NCBI RefSeq assembly: GCF_025643275.1
Contig: NZ_CP089977.1
Location: 1,890,001 to 1,922,000 of the forward strand
Direction: 5' to 3'
DNA length: 32,000 nt
From: Moraxella nasicaprae
Lineage (GTDB): Bacteria; Pseudomonadota; Gammaproteobacteria; Pseudomonadales; Moraxellaceae
Positions 1 through 6,984 of the stretch are shown here, one piece after another (within the stretch, counting starts at the first letter, position 1; each line of letters opens with the position of its first letter). The notes under the pieces are model-generated. The model did not search any database and was not told the DNA's origin. It was given only the letters and a program-made list of their open reading frames with translations. The position numbers and the translations under genes are program-made.

Positions 1-963
1 ATTGGTGCGACCGATGTTGGCGATGTGTACATTGGTAATGGTGTGAGCGAACTAATTGTCATGACCATGCAGGCAATGCTTGATGATGGCGATGAGGTTC
101 TTATTCCTATGCCTGACTATCCACTGTGGACGGCAGCCACTCATTTGGCTGGCGGTAAGGCGGTGCATTATCGCTGTGTCGAAGAGAATGATTGGCAGCC
201 TGACTTGGCGGATATTGAAAGCAAAATCACGCCACGCACCAAAGGTATCGTGGTCATCAACCCCAACAACCCAACAGGGGCGTTGTACTCTAACGAAACC
301 CTCAAAGCCATCGCAGACCTTGCCGCCAAGCATCATTTGGTGGTGATGGCAGATGAGATTTATGATCGTATTTTGTATGATGAAGCGGTACATACGCCCA
401 TGTGCACCATTGCCGAAGATTGCTTGGTACTGACCTATAACGGTCTGTCCAAGTCGCATCGCATCGCTGGATACCGTGCAGGCTGGCTGATGTTGTCTGG
501 CAAAAAAGACCATGCGACTGACTTTATTGAGGGTTTGACGATGCTTGCTAGTATGCGTCTGTGTGCCAATGTACCAGCTCAATACACCATTCAAACAGCG
601 ATGGGTGGCTATCAATCGATGCAGGCATTGACCGCTCCATCGGGCAGATTGTGCAAGCAGCGAGACTTGGCGGTCAAACGACTAAATGCCATCAAGGGCA
701 TCAGTTGCACAATGCCAAAAGGGGCATTTTATTGTTTTGCCAAGATGGATCCAGCCGTCTATCCGATTGATAATGACATGAAATTCATGATGGAGCTGTT
801 GATTGAAGAAAAGGTGCTGATTGTACAAGGCACAGGATTTAACTGGGATAAGCCTGATCATTTTAGGGTGGTGTTTTTGCCAAATCTGGCGGATTTGGAA
901 GACGCAATGGATAGGCTTGATAGATTTTTTGCCAAAAAACGCAAAGAGTTTGACACAGACTGA
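1..963 (+). CDS. alaA: PLP-dependent aminotransferase, AlaA type (glutamate-pyruvate aminotransferase); the 5' end lies upstream of the window
   Basis: The frame of track ORF 25..963 stays open back to nt 1. The product is colinear with E. coli AlaA over the visible length (YIGNGVSELI, INPNNPTGA, NGLSKSHRIAGYRAGW with the PLP lysine, MRLCANVPAQ). A hairpin terminator follows. Confidence 0.9.
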   Translation: MGATDVGDVYIGNGVSELIVMTMQAMLDDGDEVLIPMPDYPLWTAATHLAGGKAVHYRCVEENDWQPDLADIESKITPRTKGIVVINPNNPTGALYSNETLKAIADLAAKHHLVVMADEIYDRILYDEAVHTPMCTIAEDCLVLTYNGLSKSHRIAGYRAGWLMLSGKKDHATDFIEGLTMLASMRLCANVPAQYTIQTAMGGYQSMQALTAPSGRLCKQRDLAVKRLNAIKGISCTMPKGAFYCFAKMDPAVYPIDNDMKFMMELLIEEKVLIVQGTGFNWDKPDHFRVVFLPNLADLEDAMDRLDRFFAKKRKEFDTD

Positions 964-980
964 CCTTATTCATCAATCAT

Positions 981-1010
981 TAAAAAACCGTCCATCTGGG
1001 CGGTTTTTTT
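981..1010. terminator. Bidirectional rho-independent terminator (copy 1 of a 29-bp repeat) serving the convergent alaA and XRE genes
   Basis: The sequence is TAAAAAA-CCGTCC-ATCT-GGGCGG-TTTTTTT. It forms a 6-bp GC-rich stem with one G.U pair and a 4-nt loop, with an A-tract on the left and a T-tract on the right. Confidence 0.85.
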
Positions 1011-1021
1011 ATCATTGGGCA

Positions 1022-1423
1022 TTAAAAGGAGTTTTTGCTTTGAGTTGTTCGGTACAATGCAAGCATCTCATCTTTAATTGCTAATTCCTTTTCTTTTTGA
1101 ATCAGTAGCTCTTTTTGGTGGTCAATAATTAGTTGTAGGCGTGCAATTTCATCTTGGTTATTGCCAGTATATTGATGATAAGTTCCTTGAAAATTGACCG
1201 CACCATTTAGATGGTGAATAATATTGCCTTCTGTGGGTAGCAAATCAACAATACTGACCGCCAGCAGGTCAGCGATTTTTTGTAATTTATCAAGATTGAG
1301 CTTGGATTCGCCTCGTTCAATTTTAGAATATCCGCTGGGCGACATTGCAAGTTGCTCGGCAAATTCTTCCTGTGTAATCTTTTTTAATTCTCTTAACTGG
1401 CGAATTTTATCATGTGTTTGCAT
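1022..1423 (-). CDS. XRE-family helix-turn-helix transcriptional regulator with a C-terminal coiled-coil-like tail
   Basis: The N-terminus (IRQLRELKKITQEEFAEQLAMSPSGYSKIERGESKLNLDKLQKIADLL) is a canonical Cro/CI-type HTH. The C-terminal approx 45 aa (DEIARLQLIIDHQKELLIQKEKELAIKDEML) looks like a heptad-like helix. The start is an ATG at 1423. Confidence 0.85.
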   Translation of the reverse strand: MQTHDKIRQLRELKKITQEEFAEQLAMSPSGYSKIERGESKLNLDKLQKIADLLAVSIVDLLPTEGNIIHHLNGAVNFQGTYHQYTGNNQDEIARLQLIIDHQKELLIQKEKELAIKDEMLALYRTTQSKNSF

Positions 1424-1463
1424 GGATATTCCACTTTGTCGGTAAAAACTGTCGATATTGGAT

Positions 1464-1498
1464 TTGTGTAATATAGCCGATTATTTATAATTTCACAA
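1464..1498. promoter_or_regulatory. Pair of fully overlapping divergent sigma70-like promoters (small-ORF operon on +, XRE gene on -)
   Basis: Plus strand: TTGTGT (1464-1469), 16-nt spacer, TATAAT (1486-1491). Minus strand: TTGTGA (complement of 1493-1498), 17-nt spacer, TATATT (complement of 1470-1475). The background is AT-rich, so chance matches are possible. Confidence 0.4.
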
Positions 1499-1523
1499 TA
1501 CTTTATTTTATAAGGAGTAAGCA

Positions 1524-1703
1524 ATGGCGAAACCGCCTGAGGTGTACGATAAATTGGCTATTTTTCATGAAGGTAAGGCAAAAAAGGCTTGGGCTAAGGC
1601 AAAAAATGGGGCGGAGGGCTACTATTATGCTGAAGCAAGAAAGCAATACGGTAAAGCAAAGATGCATGCACAGACCGCCGAACGCTTAAGACGAGGCGAA
1701 TAA
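1524..1703 (+). CDS. Hypothetical small basic protein, 59 aa (not in the ORF track because it is under 60 aa)
   Basis: Hand translation gives MAKPPEVYDKLAIFHEGKAKKAWAKAKNGAEGYYYAEARKQYGKAKMHAQTAERLRRGE followed by a stop. A strong SD (TAAGGAG) sits 6 nt upstream of the ATG. The ORF lies 33 nt downstream of the putative -10 box and 24 nt upstream of the next ORF. Confidence 0.55.
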   Translation: MAKPPEVYDKLAIFHEGKAKKAWAKAKNGAEGYYYAEARKQYGKAKMHAQTAERLRRGE

Positions 1704-1727
1704 TTTTTCATATTTGGAGATTTTATA

Positions 1728-1940
1728 ATGAGTTTTTTTAAAACTTTGGCAAAAAGTGCTGTTAGTTCGATGCAGCAACAGCAACAGCGTACAAATGATG
1801 CAAAAGAATGGGCTGAATATGCATCAGATGATGAAGTGGTTAGATATGCAATTAATGGCAGTAATAGTCTTAAAAAAGCTTTGGCATTGCAGCAAGTAAG
1901 ATTGCGTGGTCTTGAGCGTGAGTATCAAGCTAGAAGGTGA
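1728..1940 (+). CDS. Hypothetical small protein, 70 aa, no recognisable domain
   Basis: This is a track ORF with an SD (GGAGA) 8 nt upstream of the ATG. It contains a Q5 run encoded by a CAGCAA repeat. It is followed 13 nt later by the second copy of the terminator hairpin. Confidence 0.55.
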   Translation: MSFFKTLAKSAVSSMQQQQQRTNDAKEWAEYASDDEVVRYAINGSNSLKKALALQQVRLRGLEREYQARR

Positions 1941-1952
1941 TTTTTATTAAGA

Positions 1953-1981
1953 TAAAAAACCGTCCATCTGGGCGGTTTTTT
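1953..1981 (+). terminator. Rho-independent terminator (copy 2 of the 29-bp repeat)
   Basis: The sequence TAAAAAACCGTCCATCTGGGCGGTTTTTT is identical to 981-1009. Confidence 0.85.
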
Positions 1982-2117
1982 GCATTCATGGCATGAGTTG
2001 TATTTATCCTTTAATCATATATGGATATGCCGTATTGGAATTTTTGTTTTTTAACACAAAAAATTAACATAAGCAGTACTTTTGATAGCCATTTTGCCAA
2101 TCACATAAGGAAATCTC

Positions 2118-3812
2118 ATGTACCAATATTCCTACGCCGACCAAGCCCTAGTAAACGAACGAGTTGCCCAGTATCGTCATCAGACCGAGCGGTTTTTGGC
2201 GGGCGAATTGCCCGAAGATGAGTTTTTGCCCATTCGCTTGCAAAATGGGCTTTATATCCAACGCCACGCCCCAATGCTCCGTGTTGCCATTCCCTACGGA
2301 CTTCTTGCAAGCTACCAACTTCGCACGCTTGCCAAGATTGCGGACGAATACGACCGTGGCTACGGACATTTTACCACTCGCACTAACATTCAGTTTAACT
2401 GGGTTGAGCTTCCCAAAGTGCCTGATATTTTGCAAGTTTTGGCGGACAATCAAATGCACGCCATTCAGACCTCTGGCAACTGTATCCGCAACACCACCAC
2501 CGACCCCTTTGCAGGCGTGAGCGTGGACGAGATTGCCGACCCACGCCCTTATTGTGAGATTATCCGCCAGTGGAGCACCTTCCACCCAGAATTTGCCTAT
2601 TTGCCACGCAAATTTAAAATCGCTGTCATCGGCTCAAAAATTGACCGCTCGGCAAGCCAACTGCACGACATTGGACTGCACCTTGTCAAGCAAGACGGTC
2701 AAATTGGCTTTGAGGTCATTGTCGGCGGAGGGCTTGGGCGTACGCCGATGATTGGCAAGGTAATTAACGAATTTTTGCCACGAGAGCATTTACTCTCTTA
2801 TTTGGACGCTATTTTGCGTGTGTATAATTTAGAAGGCAGACGGGATAATAAATACAAAGCAAGAATTAAAATATTGGTAGATAGTATTGGCAAAGACGAA
2901 TTTGCCAAAAAGGTGAATGACGAATGGCAATTTAGTAAAGACGGTGAATTAACTTTAACAGACGAGCATTTTAAAAAGGCGGAGAGTTATTTTACCTCGC
3001 CTGATTATCAAAATTTAGATTTGTTAAATGAAACCAACAAATTAAAAACTCAATTAGACAGCAATATCAATTTTAAAAACTGGTATGAACACAATACCGT
3101 CAATCATAAAATCAACGGCTATCGTGTGGTAGTGATTTCTTTAAAAGCAGGGCTGATTAAATACAAAGACGGCACAGAAAAATTTATCCCTTCTGGCGAT
3201 ATGACAAGTCATCAAATGCGTGCTTTGGCGGATTTGGCGGACAAATACAGCTTTGGTGAAATTCGTGTTACGCATCATCAAAATGTCATTTTATCCGATG
3301 TTAAACTCAGTGATTTATATGACTTATGGCAAGCCTTAGATGAGCTGTATTTGGCTCGCCCCAATATCGGTACGCTCACCGATATGATTGTTTGCCCAGG
3401 CTTTGATTATTGTTCTTTGGCAAATGCCACCACCCATAACATCGCCCAAAATATTGAAAAAGCCTTTGATGATTTGGATTATTTGTATGATTTGGGCGAT
3501 ATACGGCTAAATATGTCTGGCTGTATGAATGCCTGTGCTCATCATCATATTGGCGATATTGGTATTTTGGGCGTGGACAAAAAAGGCGAGCATTGGTATC
3601 AGATAAGTCTTGGTGGTAATGGCGGTAGTAATGCCAAATTGGGTCAGATATTGGGTAAAGCCGTGCCTGCTGATGAAGTGGCTGATACCATTAAAACCAT
3701 TGCCAAAGTCTATAAAGACGGTCGCCAAGAAACGGCTGATGAAATAGAACGCTTTGGCGATTTTATAAATCGTGTGGGTATTACACCGTTTAAAGAAGCG
3801 GTATATGGGTAA
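2118..3812 (+). CDS. cysI: Assimilatory sulfite reductase hemoprotein (nitrite/sulfite reductase family, siroheme/4Fe-4S)
   Basis: The N-terminus is typical of Neisseria/Moraxellaceae-type CysI (ERVAQYRHQTERFLAGELPEDEFLPIRLQNGLYIQRHAPMLRVAIPYG). The cluster/siroheme cysteines are present (CPGFDYCSLA ... SGCMNACAHHHIGDIG). An SD (AAGGA) precedes the ATG. The operon context includes DUF934 and cysG. Confidence 0.88.
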   Translation: MYQYSYADQALVNERVAQYRHQTERFLAGELPEDEFLPIRLQNGLYIQRHAPMLRVAIPYGLLASYQLRTLAKIADEYDRGYGHFTTRTNIQFNWVELPKVPDILQVLADNQMHAIQTSGNCIRNTTTDPFAGVSVDEIADPRPYCEIIRQWSTFHPEFAYLPRKFKIAVIGSKIDRSASQLHDIGLHLVKQDGQIGFEVIVGGGLGRTPMIGKVINEFLPREHLLSYLDAILRVYNLEGRRDNKYKARIKILVDSIGKDEFAKKVNDEWQFSKDGELTLTDEHFKKAESYFTSPDYQNLDLLNETNKLKTQLDSNINFKNWYEHNTVNHKINGYRVVVISLKAGLIKYKDGTEKFIPSGDMTSHQMRALADLADKYSFGEIRVTHHQNVILSDVKLSDLYDLWQALDELYLARPNIGTLTDMIVCPGFDYCSLANATTHNIAQNIEKAFDDLDYLYDLGDIRLNMSGCMNACAHHHIGDIGILGVDKKGEHWYQISLGGNGGSNAKLGQILGKAVPADEVADTIKTIAKVYKDGRQETADEIERFGDFINRVGITPFKEAVYG

Positions 3813-3885
3813 TTATCGGTTTTTATTGGTGTAGGGGCAAATTGCAATTTGCCATATGATAAAAGAAATTGAATAGGAATTAAAA

Positions 3886-4404
3886 ATGTATTTGGTTGAA
3901 TTTGAAAATCAAGAAATTACCAAAATACCAGTCAATCTTTCTTTATTAACTCATAAAGCAAGTGAGTTGCAAGAAAATGTGGTATTTGATTTTATTAAAA
4001 ACCACGAACAAACGGCTAATTTTTTAAAAACGGCTGTTTTGTTTGATGAATTGGAAAATTTTAATCAAGAATGTCATACGGTCATTTTGACGGCGGATAA
4101 TTCGCCCAATGATATTGAAAAATTGGTCAATGATTTTGGATTTTATGATACTATCTTTTTTGTGCAAGACTTTAAAGATGGTAGGACTTTTAGTTTAATT
4201 CGCCATTTAAGAAATTTAAGTTTTTTTGGTAGTATTTATTTGCTTGGTAATTATGGACTTGACCAAGCAGGTTATTATTTTAAATCAGGGGCGAATGGCT
4301 TTTTTGTTAAAGATGAGCAATTAGACACCATTTTAAAAACCTTAGAGGATTTAAAGAGTGGGCATTTTGGGCAGTCGGTCGCAGGATTGCCGATGTTTCA
4401 GTAA
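3886..4404 (+). CDS. DUF934-family protein (sulfite-reductase-associated, unknown biochemical role)
   Basis: The C-terminal segment (FKDGRTFSLIRHLRNLSFFGSIYLLGNYGLDQAGYYFKSGANGFFV) matches the DUF934 pattern (DGRgfS.aR.LR..gf.G.lra.G.v..DQ......GfdaF). Its position directly after cysI is the usual one in Pseudomonas and Acinetobacter. Confidence 0.7.
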   Translation: MYLVEFENQEITKIPVNLSLLTHKASELQENVVFDFIKNHEQTANFLKTAVLFDELENFNQECHTVILTADNSPNDIEKLVNDFGFYDTIFFVQDFKDGRTFSLIRHLRNLSFFGSIYLLGNYGLDQAGYYFKSGANGFFVKDEQLDTILKTLEDLKSGHFGQSVAGLPMFQ

Positions 4405-4491
4405 TGCGTAAGGTGCGTATGATGCACCATTTTAAAGACAGATATAAAAATCGGTATTTTAAAATATCCGAATTAGGAAGTTATTTTCAAA

Positions 4492-5874
4492 ATGAACACC
4501 TTGCCCCTATTTTTTAATTTAAAAAATCGCTGCGTATTGATTATTGGTGGTGGCGAAGTTGCCATTCGTAAAGCCACGCTGATGAAATCGGCAGGAGCGA
4601 ATATTACCGTCATTGCTAAAACCATTGATGATGAATTAACACACTTATTAAAAGACGACAATCATCAATTGATTATTAAATCTTATGATAAAGCGGATTT
4701 AAATTCAGAATTTGCCTTTTGTATTGTCGCTACCGATGATAATGAGCTAAACCGTCAAATTTATCAAGATTGCAAAATTTTAAATATTCCTGTGAATGTC
4801 GTGGATACGCCAGAATTATGCGATTTTATTTTTCCTGCCATTGTGGATAGAGACCCTATTACCATTGGCATATCGTCCAATGGTAATTCGCCCGTGTTGG
4901 CAAGATTATTGCGAGCCAAAATAGAAAGCATCTTACCGCCCCATATTGGCAAATTGGCACAAGTGGCAGGACAATTTAGACAAACGATAAAAGAGCGTTT
5001 GCCTAATGTCAATGCCAGACGCAAGTTTTGGGAAAAGATTTTTGGTGAAAATTTAAATGGCGTGGGTGTATTTGCTAATAGCCAAAATATTAACCTTGAT
5101 GAATTACAAAAAGCGTTATCCAATTTTGAAAAAACCAATCACAATCAAGGCGAGGTTTATATAGTCGGAGCAGGGGCAGGCAGTCCTGATTTATTAACTT
5201 TTAAAGCACTAAGGTTAATGCAACAAGCCGATGTGGTCTTATACGATGCGTTGGTGTCTGATGAGATTTTGGAATTGTGTCGCAGAGACAGCGATAAGAT
5301 TTTTGTGGGTAAAAAACGCTCTTGCCACGCCAAAAGTCAAGATGAAATCAATCAAATGCTTGTAGATTTGGCAAAATCTGGCAAACGAGTACTTAGATTA
5401 AAAGGCGGAGACCCCTTTATTTTTGGGCGTGGGGGCGAGGAGATGATTGCCTGCCAAAGGGCTGGCGTGCCTTATCAAATCGTCTCTGGCATCACGGCAA
5501 GCCTAGCAGGGGCAAGCGGTGCGGGCATTCCGCTCACACATCGGGGCGTGGCGACAAGTGTGAGATTTTTGACGGGGTGCTATCAGACGGGCGATAATTT
5601 TGACGGACTAAAAAGCACTTATCAAGCCGATGAAACGCTGGTATTTTATATGGGGCTGCACGCCTTAGAAAATATTGTGGCAAGTTTAATGACCGATTTG
5701 CCAAGCGATACGCCTGTGGCGATTGTCTCTAATGCCAGTTTGCCAACTCAAAGGGTATTGGTTGGGAATTTGGGCAATATTGTACAAAAGCAAAAAATTG
5801 CCAATTTATCAGCTCCTGCAATTATTATTGTGGGTAGGGTTGTAGGACTGTATCAAAATGAGTCATCGGATTGA
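4492..5874 (+). CDS. cysG: Siroheme synthase (precorrin-2 dehydrogenase/sirohydrochlorin ferrochelatase plus uroporphyrinogen-III C-methyltransferase)
   Basis: The N-terminus has a Rossmann motif (VLIIGGGEVA). The C-terminal SUMT domain is present (VYIVGAGAGSPDLLT, LKGGDPFIFGRGGEE). At 460 aa the size is typical of CysG. Confidence 0.93.
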   Translation: MNTLPLFFNLKNRCVLIIGGGEVAIRKATLMKSAGANITVIAKTIDDELTHLLKDDNHQLIIKSYDKADLNSEFAFCIVATDDNELNRQIYQDCKILNIPVNVVDTPELCDFIFPAIVDRDPITIGISSNGNSPVLARLLRAKIESILPPHIGKLAQVAGQFRQTIKERLPNVNARRKFWEKIFGENLNGVGVFANSQNINLDELQKALSNFEKTNHNQGEVYIVGAGAGSPDLLTFKALRLMQQADVVLYDALVSDEILELCRRDSDKIFVGKKRSCHAKSQDEINQMLVDLAKSGKRVLRLKGGDPFIFGRGGEEMIACQRAGVPYQIVSGITASLAGASGAGIPLTHRGVATSVRFLTGCYQTGDNFDGLKSTYQADETLVFYMGLHALENIVASLMTDLPSDTPVAIVSNASLPTQRVLVGNLGNIVQKQKIANLSAPAIIIVGRVVGLYQNESSD

Positions 5875-5940
5875 TAAAAAATCACACATTACTGGTTGGT
5901 TTTGATAGAATACGAATATTGATGAGTTGATATTGGAGCA

Positions 5941-6984
5941 ATGATGAGTAGTCAAACCAACCACGAGATACAACAGGCAACACAGAGTGTCGCATCGGCC
6001 GCTGCTGATGCCCAAAAAGCCGCTGAAACCGCCAAAGAAGTCGCCAAAGAGGCGGCTCATGTCACCAAAGAGACTTTGGAGCAAGGCACAAATGGCGTAT
6101 TGGATTTTTTGGGTGTGCCAATCGATATTGCCACTTTGACTCAGATGAGTATTGATTTTGGCGGGCGTATTGCATTGGCATTGCTCATCTTTTTTGTGGG
6201 TCAGTGGATTGGCAAACGCTTAGTGAATGTCGCCAAGCTAATGATGGCACGAAGTCGTCTGGATAACACGGCTGCCAACTTTTTGGGCAACCTGCTATAT
6301 GGCGTGATGCTGGTTGCAGTTATTTTAGCATCATTAAATAAACTGGGTGTGAATACCAACTCATTTGTGGCGATTTTGGGTGCGGCTGGCGTTGCTATTG
6401 GTGTGTCATTAAAAGACCAATTATCCAATTTGGCAGCAGGCGTGTTGATTGTGATTTTTCGCCCATTTGGTCGTGGCGATGTGGTTGAGATTGGTGGACA
6501 GATGGGAACGGTGCTAGACATTACTTTGGTCAATACCCGTATTCGTTCGGCACACAATCATGAAATCATCATTCCAAATGGCGACATCATGACCCGTTCT
6601 AGCACCAATTTTTCATCATTACCAACCCGTCGTGTGGATATTGAGGTTGGCATTGGCTATGATGCAGACATTCGTAAAGCTCGTGCTGTCATGCTTAATT
6701 TGGCAAAACAGCATCAGCTGGTATTGAGTGAACCAGAGCCAACTGTGGTGGTCATGGCATTGGCGGACAGCTCAGTCAATCTTAGTATGCGTGTCTGGAC
6801 GCAAAATGAGCATTGGCTAACCGTGCAAAGTGATTTATTAGAACAGGTTAAATATGCTTTTGATGATGAAGGCATCAATATCCCATTCCCAAATCGCACG
6901 GTGCAGATTGAGGGCTTGCAGGAGCTTGCTGCAACCCTTAATCAATCAAAAAAGATTCAAGGCAAGGGTGAGGAAAATGAGTGA
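5941..6984 (+). CDS. Small-conductance mechanosensitive channel (MscS family) with an A/K/E-rich N-terminal extension
   Basis: The MscS core motif is present (AGVLIVIFRPFGRGDVVEIGGQMGTVLDITLVNTRIRS ... IIPNGDI). Three hydrophobic helices precede it. Confidence 0.88.
   Translation: MMSSQTNHEIQQATQSVASAAADAQKAAETAKEVAKEAAHVTKETLEQGTNGVLDFLGVPIDIATLTQMSIDFGGRIALALLIFFVGQWIGKRLVNVAKLMMARSRLDNTAANFLGNLLYGVMLVAVILASLNKLGVNTNSFVAILGAAGVAIGVSLKDQLSNLAAGVLIVIFRPFGRGDVVEIGGQMGTVLDITLVNTRIRSAHNHEIIIPNGDIMTRSSTNFSSLPTRRVDIEVGIGYDADIRKARAVMLNLAKQHQLVLSEPEPTVVVMALADSSVNLSMRVWTQNEHWLTVQSDLLEQVKYAFDDEGINIPFPNRTVQIEGLQELAATLNQSKKIQGKGEENE

Noticed and set aside
52-615. Long antisense ORFs opposite well-supported genes. 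Examples are 52..615(-), 2148..2585(-), 4764..5138(-), 6201..6557(-), 18316..18642(-), 25621..26103(-), 28023..28409(-), 28773..29174(-) and 30433..30933(-).
   Set aside because: Each lies entirely inside a gene with strong family-level sequence matches on the other strand. Their translations are low-complexity and Ser/Arg/Cys-rich, and none has a ribosome-binding site. They are shadow ORFs.
981-1009. The 29-bp repeat as a XerC/XerD dif-like or integrase att site.
   Set aside because: The length is similar to dif, but the sequence has no resemblance to dif-type half-sites. It is a plain GC-stem hairpin flanked by A6 and T6. No recombinase gene is present in the window.
2021-2221. A 66-aa plus-strand ORF upstream of and overlapping the cysI start.
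   Set aside because: It is out of frame with cysI and overlaps cysI's SD and first 100 nt. The cysI start at 2118 has a good AAGGA SD and a conserved N-terminus.
6854-6976. The upstream 41 codons of track ORF 6854..8221, and similarly 15586..15708 of ORF 15586..16587.
   Set aside because: These extensions lie inside the preceding genes (mscS and the MFS transporter). Internal ATGs at 6977 and 15709 give proteins that start at sensible domain boundaries.
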